A DNA stretch of 64,000 nt, taken from Octopus sinensis (taxonomy: Eukaryota). Shown here in pieces: positions 53,027 through 64,000 of the stretch. The position numbers and the translations under genes are program-made. Position 1 is the first letter of the stretch. Each line of letters begins with the position of its first letter. The stretch is from positions 93,310,001 through 93,374,000 of the forward strand of contig NC_043001.1 of the NCBI RefSeq assembly GCF_006345805.1. The letters are read 5' to 3'. A model generated the notes under the pieces. That model was not told where the DNA came from and ran no database searches. It saw only the letters and a list, made by a program, of their open reading frames with translations.

Positions 53027-54119
53027 TATATATAATATATATAGATATAGATGTATATATATGTAGGTATGTATGTATATATATGTGTTGTGTGTGTACA
53101 CACAAACCCACGCACACACACACTTATATGTTTATGTATATGCATTTATAAAAGATAATAGTCCGGAATGGCAGAAAAATAGTCCCAATAGAGCAAGGAA
53201 AACTTAAAATAAAACAGCAATAACATCACTAATGCAGTAGAAAGAAACATATAAAGCAAAGAGTCGAATAAACTCGATGTAGCTTCCTAAACGAGTAGGG
53301 GGTTGCTGTCATTAAAGTTCTCTTGGGTAGTTGTACGACGGGAACATTAACGCTACCTCTGACGTTGTAGCATCACAGCAGCGACTACATTAGCTTGCAA
53401 TACCATCCTCTCCGGAGAATATATTTAATGGGCTCTGAACACACATTCCTTTGTTTCATTCTCTTCATTTATTGTTATTTTTCTTTTTTTGCTCATATTC
53501 ATTTTTGTTCATTTGTTTTATTTGTTTCTTAATTGTTTTATCAAACAATTGGTAGAGTGATTATAGAAAACAGAAAACACATGCTCGCAGGCGGCGCCAT
53601 AGTAATCGACCTTTGAGTTACTACTGAGTCTTTGGGGAACTTACGAGATCTGGCAAAACGATCATTCCCTGGCTTGGTGTTTATTTTATTTAATAATTTT
53701 CTTGTTGTTGTTGCTGTTTTATTTTGTTATTTTTACTGTTGTTTTTGATTTCAGTAATGATGTTGATTCGTATTTCTTCTGTTAATGCATCAAGGGTGAC
53801 GAACAATTGCATATAGAAGCGCACAGAAGCACAAAACTAACGCAGATATGTCGAAGAACACTCATTTTAGCATACAGCACACATGCATGTATATGAATAA
53901 GAGAGGAAAAATATACGAATATATTTCCATACGTACAGACAAATCCCACTCATTTACATACATATGCATATATCAATGCATATATACATACCTATATACA
54001 CGCATATAACGTAAACACCCATACACACAGACACACACATATATATATATATATAATACAGACACATACATTCATAGTATATACATGAATGTAAATACAG
54101 ACATATATATATATATATG

Positions 54120-54154
<35 letters not shown>

Positions 54155-54345
54155 CATGTTAAAATGTTTATATGCGTATTAAAATATAAACGTGGCGCAT
54201 TATGGTGATCAATAGAAGCAAACATGAATATATTTCGCTGGAATCACATTCATTCCTTCTTTCTTTCTTTCTGTCTGTCTTTCTTTCTACACGCACACAT
54301 ATTATAAAGATATATATTTATACATAGATACATACATGCATACAT

Positions 54346-54390
<45 letters not shown>

Positions 54391-54994
54391 ACACACACAC
54401 ACACACACATATTTGCGTTTAAATTCATACATGGGCGTCTGTGCTTTGTTGTACCATTATCTTTATTTACTGGACGATCATGCTACCAGAAACCTTTTTT
54501 AAAAGAGTTTTATACACGTCATATTAGAGACGAATATTCAACAATATACATAGGCATAAATAAAACTTAGTCCCATATATATATATACATATATATATGA
54601 AGACCTGAAAAAATATCGATGAAAAAATTCATATCTGTTATTTTTTTATTCACCTATCTCAATCTATAATGTTTTAATCTGCATCAATCTGCATTAATCA
54701 TCGCTTTCATCTAATATTTTTTTTTACATATTAAATATCACGTGCAGGAACCAATATTGATAGTTGCAACTGCACACAATTATGTGAAACATTGATCGCA
54801 TTACAAGGGTGGGGCTCCAGATCGATTGCTTCTTTGCAAGCTAATGTTAGTTTCGATAGAAATTTCAGCTCATAACCTAATGAGGTGAACTCACATACTG
54901 TGATGTATTTCGCCCGGTGATCTAATGTTTCAACCATATCAATTGCAATTTAAACACATTATGTTTTATAGCTTAATTAAAACTTAACATAAGC

Positions 54995-55150
54995 ACAGGA
55001 ACGCCTGTGTGGTTTAAGGAACTCAATTTGCAAACACGTAGTTTCAGGTTCAGTGCTACTGCGCGGCACCCTGGGTTACTCTGATAGCATCTCCCCCACC
55101 AACCAAATACCTGTGAGCGAATCTGGGGGTCGGAAACCGTGTGGAAATCT
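54995..55150 (+). mobile_element. Degenerate family B-related SINE head
   Basis: GCACAGGAACGCCTGTGTGGTTTAAGG..GGTTCAGTGCTACTGCGCGGCACCCTGG. Confidence 0.6.
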
Positions 55151-55179
55151 GTTGAATAATTATATATATATATATATCA

Positions 55180-55223
<44 letters not shown>

Positions 55224-55468
55224 CAAATATATATACCATGAATATATATATATATATATATATTCATTTTTAAATATATACATATATATTTATAAATATA
55301 TATATATATATATACACATATATATATGCATATACATATGTATATATATGTGCATATATATGTATATATTTATATATGTGCATATATATGTATATATTTC
55401 TATATGTGTATATATATTTATTATGTGTATATATATTTATATTTATATATTTATATATATATATATAG

Positions 55469-55508
<40 letters not shown>

Positions 55509-56646
55509 TATCTATATATATATATATATATATAATATATATATATTATATATATTGCCATATTTGTATGGGCAGAAGAAAACTGCACTCACGATTTATA
55601 TTGTCTTGATCATGTTCACCGTACAACGGCGTTCCCTTTAAATTTCTCTTGTCGAAAAGCAGGCCGAACTAAAAATGTTTGCTAGTCTGAGAGAAATGTC
55701 TCTGCGTTATATGTAATTTATAGCATCGCTCATACTTCTTTTTCTTATGAGATATTGACAGGATCTTTTCACCATCTATAAAAATTTAGTTTTTCTCTGA
55801 GTGGCAGCTATCAGACATCATACCATGTATTACTCAGCCGCACAGCTGAATGTAGCTTTAACTAAAAATGTTGCTGTTGTGTTCATATTTATTGATATTA
55901 CTTGGGTGGTTCAAATTTGTGTATATATGGGTTGGTGCTCGTTGTTTTGAACGGCTTATCTGGCCTCCAAGTCGAAGTTAGATGTTGCGTCAATGGAGTT
56001 TATAAATTACAGATTTTCATTGATTGACACTCTCAGGTTGAATATGTTGAAAGCTGGTCTGTGTCTTTTGTACTTTTACGAAAAAGCAAGCAGTATGTTT
56101 TCTACTGTATAGATTATTTAAACTAATAAATTTTGTCCTAGCATGCTTGTTTTTATCTATTTCATTAAAATATATATCTCCAAAGGACATTTGTAAACAG
56201 CTCACGAAAGATCAATGCCTACTAGATGTAATACAATTTGTTTATATCGATATAAACAATTTCGTAGCATGTACACACATTTTTAGGGCGGTGTATAGAC
56301 GATTTGATATCTAAAAGCAAATAATTGACCACTACTTAATTTCTTCAAACTACGAATGATGAAAGCAAAGTCGACTCCAATAGAATTTATGCTTTCAACA
56401 TAAAGGGACATAATTAAATCCCATTAGGAATGTATTCCAGCATTTCACCGTCTTGCTATTACATAGCAATAATAATAATAATGACAATAATAATATTGAT
56501 AATAAAACTAATGATTTCTAAATTTGGCACAAGGCCACACATTCTTAAACGATTAATGTTGTCGATTCAATCGATTCAACTCGAGCATACGTCATCGATC
56601 TCCAAAGACTGTGAAATATCGAGTCAACATTGGTATGTTTTAATAT

Positions 56647-56849
56647 CTCTTTTACTCTTTTACTTGTTTCAGTCATTTGACTGCGGCCATGCTGGATTAC
56701 CGCCTTTAATCGAGCAACTCGACCCCGGGACTATTCTTTTGTAAGCCCAGTACTTATTCTATCGGTTTTTTTGCCGAACCGCTAAGTAACGGGGACATAA
56801 ACATGCCAAATTGTCAAGCAATGATAGGGGACAAACACACACACACACG

Positions 56850-56903
<54 letters not shown>

Positions 56904-57075
56904 CATATATACGACGGGCTTCTTTCAGTTTCCGTCTACCAAATCCACTCACAAGGCTTTGGGCGGCCCGAGGCTATAGCAGAAGACACTTGCACAAGGT
57001 GCCATGCAGTAGGACTGAACTCGGAACCATGTGGTTGGTAGACAAGCTACTTATCACACAGCCACTCCTGCGCCT
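56647..57075 (-). mobile_element. tRNA-derived SINE, family B
   Basis: Full-length and colinear with the other family B copies. Confidence 0.9.
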
Positions 57076-57329
57076 ACGCAGGAGTGGCTAAGTAATATTT
57101 TAGTTCAAATCCTGCCGAGATCATCTTCACGTTTCCTGATCTTTAGATAAATGCAATAAAACACTGAAATGAACCAGTTAGTAACACTACTATATTCGCT
57201 GCGTTCAAATTCCACCAAACTTAGCAATACCCTTCATCTCCTTGGGATCGATAAAATCAATAGATCGAATTGGTTGTGTAGTTGAAAGGCGTACAACTCA
57301 AACATGATTAAATGATTGTTTGTGGCGGA

Positions 57330-58245
57330 ACAAGATGGAGGTATTTTCAAGATGAACTACAATAAGTGTCTAATGAAGAAATATGCATTAAATAATTGCA
57401 GAATTTATAAAGAATGGGAAGAAACCATTAATCAAATTGTCTCTAACTTTGTTGTCATAACAAAGAAAGCAGGCACGGCTGATGGTACTACCATGCATGT
57501 AGAGTTTATCACGAATCGGATATACTCCTCTGGTAACACTACTTGGTTAAGGATTTCAGGAAGTTATCTATTAGCCCCAGCTCGAAAGTCCCCCAGAAAA
57601 AAAAACTAGCCAGTTGATCTTGATCGTCGCTCAAGGATTTCCCGAGCACATCATCGTTCTTAACCACATTTGTTCGTCTATAGAACGGAACGCTAATCTA
57701 GATCTTAAAGCGACTTCATTGATCGACAAATATATATCTGTTAGAAAGACGAGCTGCAGAAAAACGCATCTGGTAAATGAGGACTATCTTTTCAACGCCA
57801 AGTAAACACTGGAAATCTCGTAGCCTCAGTGCATGTGTGCGTATTATTAGCTCTGATATACCCAGTGCTCCGTGCCTGGAACGTTGATTGACAGCAAATT
57901 GATAATCTGTCCAACGGAACGTGCCCCATCTATAGAATACAGAAGAGCAAGCGCTACATTCTGGTCAGCCATCAAACGGAACAGGGTAAGACGGTTAAGC
58001 AGTAACATCTGATGGATGGGGGTATTCCTTTCCCCCACCTGACACCTCAGGGAAAATTTCATCTTGGTCCGTTTTTGGATGAGATTGGCCTCCTTGCTCG
58101 CCATATCTTTGAGTTTTTGTTTACCTGGAGGTCTGGAACGAACCAATTGTAAATGGAGCAGTTTAAACGGCCTGATTGTCCAGAGCCCCATGGTTTTGTT
58201 GGATGGCATGAACCTTCCAGCTGACAACAGATGGGTCTTTGTAAA
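57330..58245 (-). mobile_element. Decayed Tx1/L1-like LINE ORF2 fragment (post-RT region and zf-RVT-like domain)
   Basis: Across frameshifts: GRFMPSNKTMGLWTIRPFKLL / WFVPDLQVNKN / YCLTVLPCSV*WLTRM*RLLFCIL*MGHVPLDRLSICCQ / GALGISELIIRTHALRLRDF / RGVYPIRDKLYMHGSTISRACFLC. This follows the FLW..GGLG..ALRL and LPxxDxL..G....CxxC pattern of L1/Tx1 ORF2. Confidence 0.75.
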
Positions 58246-58667
58246 GTTTTAACAAAAACTCAGAGTAATTTTCAACAAAATTTAACAAACCGTACTTCAG
58301 CATGGCCGCAGTTAAATAACTGAAACAAGTTGAAGAATAAAAGAATAAGCCCTCGGGAGACGATACGACCACGTCCAACATAAATGGAAATAACAGCACC
58401 AAGGGCAACGACCTCAGCAGCAACAATGATAACAATAATAATAATCGGAACGACGACGACGACGACGATGATGATAATGATGATGATGATGATGATGTTG
58501 ATGATGTTTTGGCACAATGCCAATAATTTTGAAGCGAGGAGTTTATTCGATAGTTTCGATATCATAACATGATTGGTACTTATTTTGTCAACTTCGAAAG
58601 GATGAATGGCGTGGTTCATCTCGGTGGGTTATGAGATCAGACGGAAGAAATAATGGTAATAATAATA

Positions 58668-59164
58668 ATGGCTTCTGATAGGAAGTGTTATCATGAACCT
58701 TATTTTGTGTCGGTATAAAAGATGGGCTACAACAAATATTCTGCTCAATACCACAGATTTGCTCGTCAGTTGCTTGACCGAAACCAGTTGAGCATGTCCC
58801 TTGATGGCTGTCGATATGTGCACCTCTGATCACGAACAGAGGTAGTGTTGGGAGGCATAATAGCCATATGTTGAAAGGGATACTTTGGGATTTGAATAAT
58901 TCACATGAAGAAATATTCTTAAACAAGTCTAATTCAGGGACCTTTTGAGCAGGATGGACCACTCAACCTGAGAAAAATTCTAAGTTGGCTCCACCTGCAA
59001 GGTCATGCGCTATTTATCTTGACATAAGATCACCATGTCGTGCACACGTGGTTGTGATGCATGTGCCTAGTGTACCCTTATCAGACGGGTAGTCATGATG
59101 GGTATATACTGGGTTTCGTATATTTTATCCCAGTGTCATTTGATGGCATGCACTGCTCTCTCAC
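58668..59164 (+). mobile_element. (TAA)n-associated non-coding repeat, copy 2
   Basis: Colinear with 27870-28395; starts after AATAATAAT, lacks the first ~30 nt, and is followed by a family A SINE. Confidence 0.85.
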
Positions 59165-59170
59165 ACATAT

Positions 59171-59402
59171 GGCGGTGAGCTGGTAGAAACGTTAGCACGC
59201 CGAGCGAAATGCGTAGCCGTATTTCGTATGCCGTTACGTTCGAAGTTCAAATCCCGCCGAAGTCGACTTTGCCTTTCATCCTTTTGGGGTCGATAAATTA
59301 AGTACCAGTTACGCACTGGGGTCGATATAATCGACTTAATCCGTTTGTCTGTCCTTGTTTGTCCTCTCTGTGTTTAGCCCATTGTGGGTAGTAAAGAAAT
59401 AG
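59171..59402 (+). mobile_element. Full-length family A SINE
   Basis: GGCGGTGAGCTGGTAGAAACGTTAGCACGCCG..GTTCAAATCCCGCC..GTGGGTAGTAAAGAAATAG. Confidence 0.9.
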
Positions 59403-60194
59403 ATATGGGTCATCCTTCCCACAACAACAACAACAACAAAAACAGCAGCAATAACAACAACAACTACAACAACCACAGCAGCAGCAGCAATAGCAACAAC
59501 AACAAAGATTTCAGTAATAATAAAACTCGAGAAAAAAAAATAAAGACGGGTGCAATAATATTAATATTAGTTATAAAAATAAATTAATAAGCAAAACATA
59601 AGCAAATATCATAAGAGCAAGTTCAACAACATTTCTATTGCTGAAAATATTATTGATTTTTCTTTGCGAAAAACTAATTATTTACTTCTATCACTAAATT
59701 TGATTTTTGTTCATTTATATAGTATTTTTATTTTCTTTTTCCAGTATTTGGCAAAGCATATTGGAATTGCTGTTCCGGTTATAGATTCAAAAATTCAATT
59801 TAGATATAAGACAAACACATAAAATGCTATATACGTACACACATACATTTACACACGCACATGCATATATATGTGTGTGTATGTGCGTACTATCGTTATA
59901 TATATAAGTATATATAAGCTTATATAATATGGATGTATATGTGTATAATATATATATATATATATCTTATATATATATATCCATATGATATACGTTTATA
60001 TATGAGTATTATATATGTAATATATTAAATGCATTATATATTGTATATTATACATATTTATATATTATTATTCCTTAATATTCATTTAAAATATATATAA
60101 TATATATATATATTAATATATATATAAAATCTAAAATAATATTAAACATACATATGCATATGATATATGTATAATAAATACATGATGATGTATG

Positions 60195-60287
<93 letters not shown>

Positions 60288-61695
60288 CACGTATGTATAG
60301 GCATGCAGTTATGTCTGCATATACATTTATGCATATATCAACATAGCCGTAAACATTTATATACTCCATATTCTCGCAGATGAAACATAAAGAACTACAC
60401 CTCACTTCATGAAATTTTATAAGTTGAGAAAAATATATGTAACTGATTGAAGTTTTATTTTTCTCCAAAAAATACGTGAACATTTCGTATAATTGAATAT
60501 ATGCGAAAATCGTTACATTTTTAACGGTTTATCTTTAATTTTTACCGTTTTCGTTGGTTTCGTTTCTTTAGGTTCACATTCTCTTCTAAAGAACAAGTGG
60601 ATATGATAAACAAAATTAAATGTTCATATAGTCTTAACGCTTTCTATGAACTTTTATCTCAATATATTCCTTTGGAACTCGCAAATATGCGCCATTAAGG
60701 GAATAATGCATGAAGGCACATTTTACATATATACTTATATAAGTACATGCATAATAGATAGGTTGCTAAATTTATACATGCATACAAGTATACATACACA
60801 AATCAGGCAGACATATATACGTCTATAAATTCCCTAAAAATATTCATGCGTACATATATACTTATACACACACATACACACACACATATGTATATACATA
60901 TTTATAGTGCGTGGTTGTATATATTTGTATGTGTACGTGAACCTGTGTGTGTGTGAATGTGTACGTGTATGGGCGCGTGAAAAATGTCATTCCCTTACTT
61001 TCACATTCGAACATTGATTCGGATACTCGCGTGAAGTGATGGTATAAATTTCATGGCAGACATATAACTTACTACATAAGGCCTACAAGAACGTAATGTA
61101 CATGCACAGGCATACATACTTTAGAGCACGACATTATACTTTAAAATCCTACGCGCGCATGCGTTCTAACAATGTATATACATAGATGTATAAGTCTGTG
61201 TGATCGTGTTTCTGAGCATCCGCCGTTAGCATGCGTATGAATTTGTGAGTATCTCCGTATTTAGTTGCACCATTTCAAGTATAGAGAGTACCATATATAT
61301 GTATATATTTAGAGCAATCATCAGCTGCATAAAAATATAGAATTTAGTTAAACTATTGAAAAGGTTGCAAGACGCAACGAAAATTTTCGGACAATAAAAA
61401 TAAGAAACAAGTGGAAATTACATAATAAAGCACAAAAAGAAAATGATTCTCCCCAGACACAACAGAATATGCTTCAACACACGAACTCATGTAACGAATC
61501 TGGCTAAGCTAACCAAATACCAAAACGAAATATATATATATAAATGTGTAGGATGAAACGATCGTACCACATTACTTCGGATATACTTGTTGCGTATTTT
61601 GATTATAATCACCCCATGGATTTATATTGACAATACCATAACAAAATTCTGGTGCCTTTGACTTAAGTACTATATTCATCTGAATCTAAATTTTG

Positions 61696-61754
<59 letters not shown>

Positions 61755-62365
61755 CTATATATTATATATATTTATATATTTATATATAAATATACAGGCG
61801 AAATTCATTGTTTCTAACATAAATCCATTCATTACGTACTTTACGGCATTTCATTTAAATAACTGTACAGCAATCACTGCATCAGCTATCTGCACACCTC
61901 AGCGGAGGAATTTAAATGATGGATGCACGAGAGAGAAAGAAAGAGAGAGACAGAGGAGAAAGTAAGATAATGAACATAGAGAGAGAAATAGAAAGACAGA
62001 TGGAGAGAAAAGGAGAGAAAGAGACAAAGCTTATGTTTAAGATGTGTGAAGTATGGCGACGTTATTTTTTGTATAAAATATATTATTATAATAGTAGACA
62101 AAATTGCGTGGCACTATTGCAAGATGCTCACGAGGTCTATGCTTATTGAATTAGTAAAGTTTTAACGCAGCTTGTGTGGAAGAGGGTTGGATTCAGAGGG
62201 CTGGAGAAGAATGGATTGCGGTATCATCTGAGTAACAATGAGCTTTGTTGGAGTTCAGTAGTAGGTCGTTATTGTAAGAAAGGAAAATGTTTGGATAAGC
62301 TCTGTTTGTATCTCTGCGCACATATCTTTTGAAATAAGAGAATATATTTGATACGCTCCTGTACG

Positions 62366-62437
<72 letters not shown>

Positions 62438-62534
62438 AGATATGTGTGTATATATATATATATGTATATACATGTGTGTACATATATATGTATATACATA
62501 TGTACATATATTAATGTACATATGTGTACATATA

Positions 62535-62571
<37 letters not shown>

Positions 62572-63493
62572 GTACATATATATATATATATACATATGTA
62601 CATATATATATATACATATATGTACATATGTATATATATATATGTACATATGTACATATGTATATATATATATATATACATATATATTAATGTATATGTA
62701 CATATATGTACACACATGTATATACATATATATATATTTATATATATATATATATACACGGTTGATATGTATGCATATATATATGTATGTCAATCATTCA
62801 TTGCACACCTCCTCCATTGTTTTTTATTGTTGTTTTCACTTTTATTTCAGTTCCCCGCTTATCTGACTCAACGTACTATAATTTGTTTATGTCTCCTCTT
62901 TGCCTCATTATGTTACTCCATTTATTTGTTTAATTTTTCAGTGTCTGGTTAGCTATGTGTATGTATGTATGTGTGTGTGTACAAATTATATGCGCATATA
63001 TGGATGCGTGTATGTATGTACGCCTGCATTTATGGATATATATATATATATATATTTGGTTATAAATAGCATGACGTCGCCCATGTCTAATTAAACTCGC
63101 TTTCGTTTGCAGACGTGATCAAAGACTTTGCATGATAAGTGCTGCTTTGAACGTATTTATGGAAGTGATTCTCCGGGTTTCATATGCCGTGCAGCACGTT
63201 TCATGTTGCCGCAAGCTATGTGCTTGCTCTCATGATACTGAATACCAATATAATATTCTCGTATGCTTCGCGCATATTTTTGGAATTAGAATATGTTGTT
63301 CTGTAGGTGAGTTAAATTACTATTGCAAGGTATGGTCACCAAAGGAATAAATTCTAGCCGGTAAGGTAAATACAGACTGGATTGGGGCGTATTTTGTGAT
63401 AACTTCGTAATATGTGCCGTCAATGTCTTACTACTGGTTTCACCCATACCCTCGGATACGGAGTAACGTCCATCCGCATTGCGTATACGTATA

Positions 63494-63526
<33 letters not shown>

Positions 63527-63559
63527 CATTTTTCTCTCTCCTTGTTTTTTTCTGTGTCC

Positions 63560-63690
63560 CTTTCTGTAGAAGAGCGTAGGATCAAAACGTAAAAGACTTT
63601 TTCTATTCCTGAGCGTTATACTAATACATCTGTTTGTTTTGTACACCACCTATCTTCGTCTTTTGTTTTTTTCGTAAACTCTCCCTATAT
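63560..63690 (+). mobile_element. Short repeat with hammerhead-like head, copy 2 (homologous to 10545-10680)
   Basis: CTTT-CTGTAGA-A-GAGC(GTAG)GATC-AAAAC-GTA-AAAG, followed by the same body (GAGCGT..ACTAAT..CTTCGTCTTTTGTTT) and (TA)n. Confidence 0.55.
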
Positions 63691-63700
63691 ATATATATAT

Positions 63701-63784
<84 letters not shown>

Positions 63785-64000
63785 TTGTGTATATATGTAA
63801 CAAGGATATTTTTACTTACATTCTGTTCACCTAACTTGCTGCTGTACGGACTATACCGAACTGGCAAGGGGTCTCTATTTAAATACCTGATTGAACTGAA
63901 TCTTAATTATATTCTATGTATATGCATGTGTGCGTGCATGTGCAGGCGTGTGTATATGTCTATGTATATATACTTATATGCATCATCATCATCATCATCA

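Noticed and set aside
57316-57805. Plus-strand ORFs of 97 and 63 aa that look protein-like
   Set aside because: They are the antisense of the decayed Tx1/L1-like ORF2.
62269-62952. Many long YIYI/VCVC/HTHT ORFs here and throughout the window
   Set aside because: Translations of dinucleotide and tetranucleotide microsatellites.
63425-63470. Minus-strand GAAAC..GTA-AGAC resembling a hammerhead 3' half
   Set aside because: No CUGANGA-like core and no pairable stem II.

Overview
AT-rich eukaryotic (animal) genomic DNA, not prokaryotic. The extreme density of (TA)n, (TACA)n, (TATC)n, (GA)n and trinucleotide microsatellites, together with the tRNA-derived SINE families, strongly suggests an octopus or other coleoid cephalopod (inference from recalled repeat families, not a search). 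Nearly all ORFs in the supplied track are microsatellite artefacts, and I could not identify a host protein-coding exon with confidence, so the window looks intronic or intergenic. Supported content: an internally deleted mariner with intact TIRs; a MITE with 28-bp TIRs and an 8-bp TSD; decayed non-LTR retrotransposon fragments (three R4/Dong-like, one Tx1/L1-like, one CR1/L2-group); a ~600-bp non-coding repeat tied to (TAA)n in two copies; about 20 SINE copies from at least four families, several in inverted pairs; and a 100-N assembly gap. The most interesting signal is a set of at least seven type I hammerhead-ribozyme-like motif loci from several unrelated repeat families, probably Penelope-like or retrozyme-like. 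The best one (minus strand, 47326-47368) has a compensatory U3-A8 core and a long extended stem I inside a ~250-nt multi-hairpin block. Another is an inverted pair forming a 164-bp palindrome. All analysis was by eye; element boundaries are approximate (about +/-10-30 bp) unless defined by TIRs or TSDs.
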